From the NCBI GenBank assembly GCA_050289105.1, contig JBNKFC010000511.1:1-55818 (forward strand): 55,818 nucleotides of DNA, in the 5' to 3' direction. This DNA comes from Paracoccaceae bacterium. Lineage in GTDB: Bacteria; Pseudomonadota; Alphaproteobacteria; Rhodobacterales; Rhodobacteraceae. This document shows, piece after piece, positions 19,482 to 28,800 of this stretch; within the stretch, counting starts at the first letter, position 1, and each line of letters begins with the position of its first letter. The notes beneath the pieces are model-generated. The model was given only the letters and a program-made list of their open reading frames with translations. It ran no database searches and had not been told where the DNA came from. The position numbers and the translations under genes are program-made.

Positions 19482-20128
19482 CCATCCCACTCCACGTCGA
19501 ATTTTGACACCACGGCGCGCACCTGTTCCGAGCTGAGCATCCGCGCATCGTAGCCCCGCATGAGCATCGCCAGCCGCGCCGTGTCCTCAAGCTCCTCGAT
19601 CGCATTGCAGGCGGCCTCGACATCCGCCCCCGCGACGACCGGCCCGTGATTGGCCAGCATCACCGCCGTCCGCTTGCCCGCAAGGCCCCGCACGGCCTCA
19701 CCCATCGCCGGATCGCCGGGCAGGAAGAACGGCAGAAGCTTCACCTTGCCAAGCTTCATGATCGAATAGGGCGTCAGCGGTGGCAGGAAATTGTCCTCGT
19801 CCACCTCCGGCATCATCGACCATGCGACGGAATGGCAGGAATGCAAATGAACGACCGCCCCGGCGCTACGGCGGGTTTCATAGAATGCGCTATGGAGCGG
19901 CATCTCCTTCGTCGGTTTGTCGCCGCCAATCAGTTGGCCCGCCGCATCGAACCGCGAGAGCCGCGCCGGATCGAGCCGCCCGAAGGACGTGCCGGTGGGC
20001 GAGACGAGCAGTCCGCCGTCCGCTGTCCGGGCCGAGATGTTGCCGGTCGAACCGCCGGTCAGCCCCCGGTCGAACATCGACTTCGCCAGAAGGCAGATCT
20101 GCTCGCGCAGGCGGGCTTCTTCGCTCAT
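19478..20128 (-). CDS. otnC: 3-oxo-tetronate 4-phosphate decarboxylase (class II aldolase)
   Basis: GSTGNIS, GDKPTKE, VVHLHS, PPLTPY and LANHGP motifs. Confidence 0.9.
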   Translation of the reverse strand: MSEEARLREQICLLAKSMFDRGLTGGSTGNISARTADGGLLVSPTGTSFGRLDPARLSRFDAAGQLIGGDKPTKEMPLHSAFYETRRSAGAVVHLHSCHSVAWSMMPEVDEDNFLPPLTPYSIMKLGKVKLLPFFLPGDPAMGEAVRGLAGKRTAVMLANHGPVVAGADVEAACNAIEELEDTARLAMLMRGYDARMLSSEQVRAVVSKFDVEWDG

Positions 20129-21396
20129 GAGTGCTCCAGCTTCGCAAAGGCGTCGTTAAAGAAGGTTTCTGCACCGAAGTTGCCGGACTTCAGCGCCAGC
20201 GCGATCTCGGCGCCGCCGGAGCGGCAGAAACACCACGGCACGCCCGGCGCGATCTCCGCGCCGATATCCAGCCGGTCGATACCCAGCGCCTTTGTCACCG
20301 CGCCCGAGGTCTCGCCGCCCGCGACGACGATCCGCCGCGCGCCCTTGTCCCGTGCAGCAACGGCGAGCGCGGCAAGCGCTTCTTCGACGACCTCGCCCGC
20401 CTTTTGCACGCCGAGCGTCGCCTGCGCTGCACGCACGTCCTCGGGCTCGGCCGTCGCATAAACGATCGGCGCGCGGTTCAGGTCCTGCGCCTTGAGCCAG
20501 TCCAGCGCCTCGGAATGACCAGTCGCGGCGAGGGCCACCGGATCGAGCCGAAGGCCGGGCCGGCCGGACGCCAGGTAGGCTGCCACCTGCGCCCGCGTCA
20601 TGGCCGAACAACTGCCCGACAGCACGATGGCTTCCGTCGGTAACTCGGCGCGCGCCGGCTGCGCAGCCTCGGCCACCAGCGTTCCGTCGCGGGCATAAAG
20701 CGCGGGCAACGGCATGGCGATGGCCGAGCCCCCGGTCATCAGCCGCATGTCGCGGCAGGCCTCGGCGATCACCTTAAGGTCGGCGTCGGCCACCGCGTCC
20801 ACGACGACATGCGCCACGCCCTCGGCCTCAAGCCGCGCAAGCTCGGCCCACACGGCTTTGGCCCCGCGCGCGACCGTCAGGCGGTCCACGAGGCCGACCT
20901 TGCCTTTCACCTGCGGCGCTAGAAGCCGCATCAAGTTGCTGTCGCGCATCGGCGTCAGGGGATGATCCTTCATCGGGCTTTCCGCCAGAGGCAGGCGCCC
21001 GACAAAGAGGTTCCCCATGAAGATCGCCCGGCCGTTCTCAGGGAATGCCGGGCAATAGATCGTCTGCGCGGCCCCGAGATCGGCCATCAAAGCCTCGGCC
21101 ACCGGGCCGATGTTCCCCTCCGCCGTCGAATCGAAGGTGGAGCAGTATTTCCAGAAGAAGTGCCGCGCGCCCGCCGCTTCGAGCCAGCCCTTTGCCGCCC
21201 GCGCCTCGGCCACCGCCTCGGCGACCGGCGCGGTGCGGATCTTCAGCGCGATAACCTCGAACGGGGCCGCGTCATCGGGCGCCTCGGCAGGCACGCCGAT
21301 GCGCAGCGAAACCCGCACTCCACTGCGCGCCAGAAGCCCCGCAAGGTCCGTGGCCCCGGTGAAGTCGTCCGCAATGCAGCCGAGAACCGTCGTCAT
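20125..21396 (-). CDS. otnK: 3-oxo-tetronate kinase
   Basis: IADDFTGATD, KYCSTFDST.EGNIGP, HPLTPM, GGETSG and LKSGNFG motifs. Confidence 0.92.
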   Translation of the reverse strand: MTTVLGCIADDFTGATDLAGLLARSGVRVSLRIGVPAEAPDDAAPFEVIALKIRTAPVAEAVAEARAAKGWLEAAGARHFFWKYCSTFDSTAEGNIGPVAEALMADLGAAQTIYCPAFPENGRAIFMGNLFVGRLPLAESPMKDHPLTPMRDSNLMRLLAPQVKGKVGLVDRLTVARGAKAVWAELARLEAEGVAHVVVDAVADADLKVIAEACRDMRLMTGGSAIAMPLPALYARDGTLVAEAAQPARAELPTEAIVLSGSCSAMTRAQVAAYLASGRPGLRLDPVALAATGHSEALDWLKAQDLNRAPIVYATAEPEDVRAAQATLGVQKAGEVVEEALAALAVAARDKGARRIVVAGGETSGAVTKALGIDRLDIGAEIAPGVPWCFCRSGGAEIALALKSGNFGAETFFNDAFAKLEHS

Positions 21397-22301
21397 TTCT
21401 TGCCCTCGCCGGGAAGGGTCAGCCCCACGTTGCGGGCATAGACCTTGGCCACGGCGGCATCGTCCTCCCCGCCAAGCCCCATCCCCGCGGCCGCGATATA
21501 CTGTTGCAGGGCAGCGGCGGTGATCGGCGCGCTGAACTGCGCCGCCCGCGCGATGTCGAGCACGATGCCGAGGTCCTTGGGCCAGATGTTCACCGAGCTT
21601 TTGGGGGAATAGTCGCCCTCGATGATATGCGGCGCGCGGTTTTCGAGCATCCAGCTCGTTCCCGCGCTTTTCGAGATCACCTCAAGAAAGGTCTCGGGCC
21701 TGATGCCTTGAGTCATGCCGAAGGTCAGCGCCTCGGCCATCGTTGCGATATGCACCCCGGCAAGAAGCTGGTTCACGGCCTTCATCGCCGATCCCGCCCC
21801 AGCGGCATCGCCAAGTTCGAAGACGGTTGCGGCGATTGCGTCCAGGACCGGCCGGGCAGCGCGAAATGCCTCGCTGGAGCCGGACGCCATCACCGTCAGC
21901 TGGCCATTAGCCGCCTTCACAGCGCCACCAGAAATCGGCGCGTCGAGGTAAAGCAAGCCTAAAGCGGCGCATCGGGCCTCCATGTCCCTGGCGAAGTCCG
22001 GCGCGACGGTTGCGCAGGACAGCACGACCGCGCCGGGCTTCAGCTTGGGCGCGATCCCGTCGGGGCCGAAGAGGACGCTTTCCGTCTGTGCGGCGTTCAG
22101 GACGACGACAACCACCGCATCGAGATCTGCCGCCGCATTCGAGAGGTTGCCACTCTCGCCGCCTTCGGAGCGAAACGTCGCGACCCGGTCGGCGTCGACA
22201 TCGTGGCCCCAGACACGGTGTCCTCCGCGCAAGGCGGAGCGCGCGATGCCGTATCCCATCGAGCCGAGGCCAATCACGGCCGCCAACGTTTTCGTGCTCA
22301 T
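21393..22301 (-). CDS. ltnD: L-threonate dehydrogenase
   Basis: IGLGSMG, LDAPISGG, NQLLAGVHI, GDYSPKS, DDAAVAK. ATG 22301 follows a GGAGG RBS. Confidence 0.9.
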   Translation of the reverse strand: MSTKTLAAVIGLGSMGYGIARSALRGGHRVWGHDVDADRVATFRSEGGESGNLSNAAADLDAVVVVVLNAAQTESVLFGPDGIAPKLKPGAVVLSCATVAPDFARDMEARCAALGLLYLDAPISGGAVKAANGQLTVMASGSSEAFRAARPVLDAIAATVFELGDAAGAGSAMKAVNQLLAGVHIATMAEALTFGMTQGIRPETFLEVISKSAGTSWMLENRAPHIIEGDYSPKSSVNIWPKDLGIVLDIARAAQFSAPITAAALQQYIAAAGMGLGGEDDAAVAKVYARNVGLTLPGEGKK

Positions 22302-22337
22302 CCTTATCGGTCCTCCAAGCGCTCCGCATGTGTCGTA

Positions 22338-22352
22338 ATTTGGTATACCAAG
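22338..22352. promoter_or_regulatory. GntR operator upstream of ltnD
   Basis: ATTTGGTATACCAAG. Confidence 0.8.
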
Positions 22353-22442
22353 AAACGATAGCGATTGGGAACCATCCGAGTCCGTCATGCCCCGGTCCGT
22401 GCGCGTGCTGGGTATTCGGTGGCCGGACGACGTCGGCAGGCT

Positions 22443-23921
22443 TCAGAACAGTAGTGGCGCGGCCTCAGCGTCGATTGCGGCACGCATACCCGACCGCATC
22501 ATGCGATCAAGTCGGTCTCGAACGCCTGCACGCCAAGCCGGATGTTCCGCAAGATCACGCGGGAATACACCTTCAAGCCCGAGAAGGCGCGTCGCGACGT
22601 CTTCGGCTGTGACCGCGCCGGCAACCAAGCTGCGCAACGCCTCCTCACGCGGATCGCGCAAAGCATAAAGCTCGCCATTATCCGTCGTGCCAAGGACGTA
22701 GCGCATCCAGGCCGCTGTCGCAAAGGCGAAGGCATCAAGGCTTTGTCCCTCATGGAGCGCGTCGCACGCCGGCGCGAGGATGCGCTGCGGCAGTTTTTCA
22801 GTCCCGTCCATCGCGATCTGATACGTCTGATGCGCAAGATGCGGGTTGGAAAAACGCGCGACCAGATCCGAACCGTAAGAAGCGAAGTCGACGCCCTGAA
22901 GCGGAGAGAGCGTCGCCGCCGCCGCGTTCAGATGTCGCCGGATCAACGCGACGAGGGCGGCATCGCCCATGACATCGCGCACATAGGCATGGCCCGCGAG
23001 AAAACCGGAATAGGCGAGCATCGAATGCGCGCCGTTCAACATCCGAAGTTTCATTTCCTCGTAGGGGCGCACCTCATCGACGAAGATCGCGCCGCCGGCC
23101 TCCCACGCGGGACGACCCGTGGGGAAATTGTCCTCGATCACCCATTGGGTGAAGGCTTCGGTCTCGACCGCCGCGTCGTCGCGACAGCCGGTCATCTCTT
23201 CGGCGAGCGTGAGGGTAGCCTGGCTGCGCGCCGGAGTGATCCGGTCGACCATGGTGCAGGGGAAGGCCACCTCGTTGGAAATGTGATCGACGAGGCCGGG
23301 GGCCGCATGCCGGGCGAAATCCACCAGCAGGGCCCGCAGCATCTTGCCGTTTTCGGGAAGATTGTCACAGCAAAGCACGGTGAAGGGTGGCACCCCGGCT
23401 TCCCGCCGCTGGCCCAGAGCCCAGACCAGAAGCCCCACAACCCCCTGCGGCGCATCGGGCGCGGACAGATCGGCGGCAATCGCCGGATGTGCCGGATCGA
23501 TCCCGCCTGTGGCGCGGTCGATGCCATATCCCTTCTCCGTCACCGTCAACGTGACGATACGGGTGGCCGGGGCCGAAAGCACCGCCAGCACCTCTGCCCG
23601 ATCTGTCCTCAGACAAAGCGCGCGCGCAATCGAACCGATGATACGCGCGCGGCTCTCCTCGGCGCTGTGCGATATCACGGTGTAGAGCCCGTTTTGCGGC
23701 GTCAATTCCTGCGAGGGCTCGGCGCTGCGCAGACTCACTCCGGTGATCCGCCAATCGCCGCCCGCCGCAGCGAGCGCATCATCGGTATAGACCGCCTGAT
23801 GCGCCTTGTGGAAAGCTCCGAGTCCGAGATGCACGATGCCTGTTGCATGGTTTGCGGGGTCGAAGCCTGGCAGAGCGACGCCATCGCGAAGTCCGGCGAG
23901 CGACGTTAACCTTGCGGTCAT
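22443..23921 (-). CDS. uxuB: D-mannonate oxidoreductase/fructuronate reductase (mannitol dehydrogenase family)
   Basis: IVHLGLGAFHKAHQA, TVTEKGY, CDN, MVDRITP, KLRMLNG.HS; downstream of uxuA. Confidence 0.88.
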   Translation of the reverse strand: MTARLTSLAGLRDGVALPGFDPANHATGIVHLGLGAFHKAHQAVYTDDALAAAGGDWRITGVSLRSAEPSQELTPQNGLYTVISHSAEESRARIIGSIARALCLRTDRAEVLAVLSAPATRIVTLTVTEKGYGIDRATGGIDPAHPAIAADLSAPDAPQGVVGLLVWALGQRREAGVPPFTVLCCDNLPENGKMLRALLVDFARHAAPGLVDHISNEVAFPCTMVDRITPARSQATLTLAEEMTGCRDDAAVETEAFTQWVIEDNFPTGRPAWEAGGAIFVDEVRPYEEMKLRMLNGAHSMLAYSGFLAGHAYVRDVMGDAALVALIRRHLNAAAATLSPLQGVDFASYGSDLVARFSNPHLAHQTYQIAMDGTEKLPQRILAPACDALHEGQSLDAFAFATAAWMRYVLGTTDNGELYALRDPREEALRSLVAGAVTAEDVATRLLGLEGVFPRDLAEHPAWRAGVRDRLDRMMRSGMRAAIDAEAAPLLF

Positions 23922-25126
23922 ACCGTGATCCGGGGAGAGAGTGCCGCGATGACGCCGCGCAGCTCCGCCAGGCCTTTGAGGCGCCCGATCGACGGGTAGC
24001 CGGGCTGCGCCTTGCGGCCGAGATCGTCGAGGATGTCCTGTCCGTGGTCGGGCCGCATCGGAATCGACCAGTCGGACCGCCCCGCCGCCTTGCGCCGCGC
24101 CTCTTCCTTCAGCGCCGCCTCGATCAGCGCCACCATGTCGGTGTCGCCACCCAGGTGCTCTGCCTCGTAGAACGAGCCGCGAATGCCTTCCGTTTCACGT
24201 TTGACGTTGCGTAGGTGCAGGAAGTGCACCCTGTCGCCCAACCGCTCCATCATGCCGGGAAGATCATTGTCGGGCCGCGCGCCCAGAGAGCCGGAGCACA
24301 GGGTGATCCCGTTCGACGGGCTGTCCACGGCGGTCATGACGCTGGTGTAGTGCGCCTCGGTCGACATCACCCGCGGCAGGCCGAGCAGCGGCACCGGCGG
24401 GTCATCCGGGTGGCAGCAAAGCCGCAGACCCAACTCCTCGGCAGTCGGCACGACTTGTTCGAGGAAGTCGACCAGATGTGCCCGCAATTGCGCCTCGCTG
24501 ATATCGGCGTATTCAGCGAGATGCGTCCGCACGTCCTCGAGCGAGAAACTTTCGGCTGCCCCCGGCAGGCCGAAGACGACATTCCGGGCGAGACCTTCCC
24601 TGCGCGCCTCGCTCATTCCGGCGAACCGCCGGGCAGCCTCGCCCCGCAGCGCCTCGTCGTAGTCGTCCTCGACGCCGGGGCGCTTCAAAATGTGAATGTC
24701 GAAGGCGGCGAAGTCTGTCAGATCGAACCGCATGCAGGTCGCGCCATTCGGCAACCTCCAGGCAAGATCGGTGCGGGTCCAGTCGAGAACCGGCATGAAG
24801 TTGTAGCAGATCACCTCGATCCCCGCTTTAGCGAGGTTGCGCAGGCTTTCGCGGTAATTCTCGATATGCGTTCGCCAGTCGCCCTTCTGCTTCTTGATGT
24901 CCTCGGATACCGGCAGGCTTTCCACGACATCCCATGTGAGGCCGGAGGGAGAGCCGTCGGCCATCACGGCGACCTCGGCCTGACGCCTGGCGATCTCCTC
25001 AGGGCTCCACACTGCGCCCGTCGGGACGTGATGCAAGGCCGAGACTACTCCTTCGGCGCCGGCCTGGGCGATGTCTGCGATCGACACAAGATCCTTTGGG
25101 CCAAACCAGCGCCACGTCTGTCTCAT
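23918..25126 (-). CDS. uxuA: Mannonate dehydratase
   Basis: MRQTWRWFGP, CYNFMPVLDWTRT, HPDDPP, MRPDHG and GRLKGLAE motifs. Confidence 0.96.
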   Translation of the reverse strand: MRQTWRWFGPKDLVSIADIAQAGAEGVVSALHHVPTGAVWSPEEIARRQAEVAVMADGSPSGLTWDVVESLPVSEDIKKQKGDWRTHIENYRESLRNLAKAGIEVICYNFMPVLDWTRTDLAWRLPNGATCMRFDLTDFAAFDIHILKRPGVEDDYDEALRGEAARRFAGMSEARREGLARNVVFGLPGAAESFSLEDVRTHLAEYADISEAQLRAHLVDFLEQVVPTAEELGLRLCCHPDDPPVPLLGLPRVMSTEAHYTSVMTAVDSPSNGITLCSGSLGARPDNDLPGMMERLGDRVHFLHLRNVKRETEGIRGSFYEAEHLGGDTDMVALIEAALKEEARRKAAGRSDWSIPMRPDHGQDILDDLGRKAQPGYPSIGRLKGLAELRGVIAALSPRITV

Positions 25127-25184
25127 CTTTCCCTCCCGAGTCTCTGGGCTTGTTCGTTTCTATCATCACGTTCGGTTGATGGCG

Positions 25185-25203
25185 AGTATGGAAGTATGGT
25201 AGT
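25185..25203. promoter_or_regulatory. Direct-repeat operator candidate between uxuA and its divergent GntR gene
   Basis: AGTATGG-A-AGTATGG-T-AGT, an 8-bp period. Confidence 0.5.
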
Positions 25204-25228
25204 CGAATTCACCCGAGAAGGAATCAGG

Positions 25229-25972
25229 ATGCCGGACGGCGATACACTCTGGACGATCGACGAGACGGCCTCGATCACACCGCAGCTGTTTCGCATCCTG
25301 CGCGAAAGGATTATCCGCATCGATCTCCGACCCGGTGACCGTATTTCCGAGTCGGAGATTGCGCGCAGTTACCGCATCAGCCGCCAACCGGTGCGCGAAG
25401 CGTTCATCAAGCTCGCCGAACAGGGTCTTCTGATCGTCTTGCCGCAGCGCGGAACGATCGTCAGCAAGATCGCCTATCAGGCCGTTCTCGACGCGCGTTT
25501 TCTACGCGAGGCGATCGAGGCTGACATCGTTAAGCTTCTCGCCGAGAACCCCGACCCTGCGCTGATCGCGGACCTGCGTGCGCAGATCGAATTGCAGCGC
25601 ACCGAAGGCGTGCGGTCACCCGACCGCTTCATTCGCCTCGACGAACGGTTCCACCATTCCCTGGCCGACGCTGCCGGCAAGGGCGGGGCATGGAAATTGG
25701 TCGAGGGGCTGAAAGCCCAGATGGACCGCGTGCGGTTCCTGTCACTCGGCCAGTTCCCCGTCGAAAAACTCGTCGCTCAGCACTCCCTGTTGGTCGACCG
25801 CATCGCCATGGGGGACACGACCGGCAGCGAGGCTGCAATCCGCGGCCACCTGCGCGAGATTCTGCGGGACCTTCCCGCCATTCTCGCCGCAAATCCCGGA
25901 TTTTTCGACCTGCCGGAAGGGGATCTCCCCTCTCCGGTAAATACGCCCATAACAGGAGGAGACGACATATGA
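25229..25972 (+). CDS. GntR-family regulator (FCD, RspR/YdfH-like)
   Basis: ISESEIA...ISRQPVREA, PQRGT and LDERFH motifs. Confidence 0.9.
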   Translation: MPDGDTLWTIDETASITPQLFRILRERIIRIDLRPGDRISESEIARSYRISRQPVREAFIKLAEQGLLIVLPQRGTIVSKIAYQAVLDARFLREAIEADIVKLLAENPDPALIADLRAQIELQRTEGVRSPDRFIRLDERFHHSLADAAGKGGAWKLVEGLKAQMDRVRFLSLGQFPVEKLVAQHSLLVDRIAMGDTTGSEAAIRGHLREILRDLPAILAANPGFFDLPEGDLPSPVNTPITGGDDI

Positions 25973-26940
25973 CATTCAATTGGAAACGGCCCGCCTTCGC
26001 TGCGGCATTCGCGACGCTTCTTTCCGCACCCTTGATGGCGCAGGAAATGACCTTGAAGCTGGGTCATCTCGCCAACGAGGAAAATCCCTGGCACCTCGCC
26101 TCGGTGAAGTTCGGCGAGGAACTGTCGGCGTTGACCGACGGCCGCATCGCCGTCGAGGTCTTCCCGAACGAGTCGCTCGGCAAGGAGATCGACCTTATCA
26201 ACGGCATGCAGCTTGGGACCGTCGACATGACGATCACTGGCGAAAGCCTTCAGAACTGGACGCCGATGGCCGCGCTGCTGGCCATTCCCTACGCCTACAA
26301 GTCGATCGAACACATGGACGAAGTTGCCGGTGGCGAGATTGGCGACCAGATCGAAGCCGCGATCATCGAGAAGGCGCAGATCCGTCCGATCGCCTATTTC
26401 GCACGCGGCCCGCGCGACCTGACCTCGAACCGTCCGATCAAGACGCCCGACGATCTTGCCGGTCTGAAGATGCGCGTTCCGAACGTGCCGCTCTTCATCG
26501 ACGTCTGGAAGGCGCTTGGTGCCAATCCGGGTCCGATGGCCTTTTCGGAGGTCTTCACCTCGCTGCAGAACGGCACCATCGAGAGCCAGGAAAACCCGCT
26601 CGCCCTGATCCGGTCGGCAAGCTTCTACGAAGTGCAAAGCCATGTGAACCTCACCGATCACGTGCGGTCGTGGATCTACCTGACGATCGCCGAGTCGACC
26701 TGGCAGAAGCTCTCGGCCGAAGATCAGGCCGCGGTGATGGAAGCGGCCAAGCGCGCCCAGGCCTATGAGCGCGACCTCTTCAACAAGAGCCTCGCCGACG
26801 ACCGCGCCTTCCTGGAGGAAAAGGGCATGACCTTCGTCGAAGTCGATGGTGCCGCCTTTGCCGCCAAGGCCAAGGATGCGGTCCTTGCCAACGTCTCCGA
26901 CGAGATCAAGCCGATCGTCGAAAGCCTGTTCGCCGAGTAA
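25969..26940 (+). CDS. dctP: TRAP transporter solute-binding protein
   Basis: Signal peptide, GLKMRVP, FSEVFTSLQNG...QENP; AGGAGG RBS. Confidence 0.93.
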   Translation: MTFNWKRPAFAAAFATLLSAPLMAQEMTLKLGHLANEENPWHLASVKFGEELSALTDGRIAVEVFPNESLGKEIDLINGMQLGTVDMTITGESLQNWTPMAALLAIPYAYKSIEHMDEVAGGEIGDQIEAAIIEKAQIRPIAYFARGPRDLTSNRPIKTPDDLAGLKMRVPNVPLFIDVWKALGANPGPMAFSEVFTSLQNGTIESQENPLALIRSASFYEVQSHVNLTDHVRSWIYLTIAESTWQKLSAEDQAAVMEAAKRAQAYERDLFNKSLADDRAFLEEKGMTFVEVDGAAFAAKAKDAVLANVSDEIKPIVESLFAE

Positions 26941-26961
26941 ATCCGGCAGAACGCAAACCAT

Positions 26962-26987
26962 ACCGGCGCCGCGACCGTGGCGCCGGT
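26962..26987 (+). terminator. Post-dctP stem-loop (mRNA stabiliser or partial terminator)
   Basis: ACCGGCGCC-N8-GGCGCCGGT. Confidence 0.45.
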
Positions 26988-27009
26988 CCCTTCATTCCGG
27001 GGAAAATCC

Positions 27010-27513
27010 GTGCAGCGCGCCGATCGACTGATCCAGCTCATCGTCTTTATTGCACGGCTCGGCGCGGGTCTGTCCTTCGCCGTCCTGATCGCGGCCGTGC
27101 TCATTCAGGTCTTCGGCCGGATCCTCGGCAACTCACCTGTCTGGACCGAGGAGCTTACCCGCTTCGCCCTGCTCTTTTCGATCGCCTTCGGCGCCGGCCT
27201 TGCCTTCCGCACCGGTGACCTCGTCAATGTCGACGTGATCTGCGAAAACCTGCCCGGCAAGTGGCCTTGGTTGCTGCGGCTCTTGACTGCCGCAGTCACC
27301 TCCGGGCTTGCGCTCTATCTTCTGCCCCATGCCTGGAAATACGTCACCATCGGCCGCATGCAGACCGCGCCCGCGCTCGGCATCCGAATGGACTATGTCC
27401 ACCTGACGGTGTTCCTGATGCTGGTCTTGCTCGCCCTCTTTAGCGCGTTGCGCGTGATCGGCATGCTGTCCGGCGTTGAAGACGGAAAACCCGTCAAACC
27501 CGAGGAGGATTGA
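27010..27513 (+). CDS. dctQ: TRAP small permease
   Basis: WTEELTR motif, four TM helices. Start uncertain (26977 or 27010). Confidence 0.88.
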   Translation: MQRADRLIQLIVFIARLGAGLSFAVLIAAVLIQVFGRILGNSPVWTEELTRFALLFSIAFGAGLAFRTGDLVNVDVICENLPGKWPWLLRLLTAAVTSGLALYLLPHAWKYVTIGRMQTAPALGIRMDYVHLTVFLMLVLLALFSALRVIGMLSGVEDGKPVKPEED

Positions 27514-28791
27514 GTGGACGTCACGGTTCTGTTTGCCGTCTTCGTCGCCGGGCTTGTCTTCGGGCTTCCGGTGGCCGTGACCCTCGGGGCGTCGTCCCTC
27601 GCCTACCTCATGCTTGCCGGCATTCCGCCGGTGGTCATGCCGCAGAAGATGTATGCCGGCATGGACGTCTTCGTCCTTCTGTCGATCCCCGGGTTCATTC
27701 TGGCCGGGAACCTGATGAACCGCGGGGGCATCACCCACCGCATCATCCGCTTCGCCAATTCGCTGATCGGCTGGGTGCGCGGCGGGCTGGGTCTGACGAA
27801 TATCGGCGCGTCGATGCTCTTTGGTGGCATCACCGGCACCGCCGTGGCCGACGCCGCCTCGATCGGCGGGGTGATGATCCCCGGCATGAAAAAGGCCGGC
27901 TATCCGGCGGACTTCTCGGCAGCCGTCACCGCCGCCTCGTCGACGGTCGGGCCGATCATCCCGCCCAGCGTACCGATGATCATCGTCGGCGCGTTGTCGG
28001 GCATCTCTGTCGGCAAGATGTTCCTTGCCGGGGCGATCCCGGGCATCCTCATGGGCCTTGCCATGATGGTCACCGCCTATGTCATTTCCGTTCGTCGCGG
28101 CTTCCCGCGCGAGCCTTGGGCGGGATTGGGAGAGGTGGCGCGCTCGTTCGGTGGGGCCATATGGGCGCTCGCCATGACGTTTCTCATAATCTACGGCCTC
28201 CTGTCGGGCCTCGCCACGCCGACCGAGACCGCGGTCATTGCCAGTGTCTACGCCTTCTTCGTCGGCGCGTTCATCTATCGGGAACTGCCGCTGCGCGAGG
28301 TGCCGAAGATCGTCGTAGATAGCGCGGTGGCCGCGGCGGGTATCCTCGCGCTGGTCGGCTTCGCCAATGTCTTCGGCTGGATCCTCGTCTCCGAACGCAT
28401 CCCGCAGGCCATCGCGGACGGCGTCCTGTCGATCACCGACAACAAGTACTTGGTGATCCTGCTGATCAACCTGCTCCTGCTGTTTGTCGGCATGTTCATG
28501 GAGACCATCGCCGCACTGATCATCCTCTTCGTGCCGCTTCTGTCGCTTGCCGAGGCAGTCGGCATCGATCCCCTGCACTTCGCGACTTTCGCGGTTCTGA
28601 ACCTGATGATCGGCCTGACCACGCCGCCGGTGGGCGTCTGCCTTTTCGTCTGCGCGGGCATCGCGCGGCTGCCGCTGACCCCGGTGGTGATTGCGATCTT
28701 GCCGTTCCTTCTGACCAACGTCGGCGTCCTTCTCGCCGTCTCCTATATCCCGGCCATTGCAACCTGGCTTCCCTCCGTCCTGACCCCCTAG
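27514..28791 (+). CDS. dctM: TRAP large permease
   Basis: GTAVADAA, IIPPS, TPTE and TPPVG motifs. Confidence 0.94.
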   Translation: MDVTVLFAVFVAGLVFGLPVAVTLGASSLAYLMLAGIPPVVMPQKMYAGMDVFVLLSIPGFILAGNLMNRGGITHRIIRFANSLIGWVRGGLGLTNIGASMLFGGITGTAVADAASIGGVMIPGMKKAGYPADFSAAVTAASSTVGPIIPPSVPMIIVGALSGISVGKMFLAGAIPGILMGLAMMVTAYVISVRRGFPREPWAGLGEVARSFGGAIWALAMTFLIIYGLLSGLATPTETAVIASVYAFFVGAFIYRELPLREVPKIVVDSAVAAAGILALVGFANVFGWILVSERIPQAIADGVLSITDNKYLVILLINLLLLFVGMFMETIAALIILFVPLLSLAEAVGIDPLHFATFAVLNLMIGLTTPPVGVCLFVCAGIARLPLTPVVIAILPFLLTNVGVLLAVSYIPAIATWLPSVLTP

Positions 28792-28800
28792 GAAACCGAC

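Noticed and set aside
24215-25228. Long N-terminal extensions in the ORF track (585-aa GntR, 536-aa enolase, 482-aa DenD, 443-aa IdnD)
   Set aside because: They overlap other genes; internal starts with an RBS or stop-start coupling give family-typical lengths.
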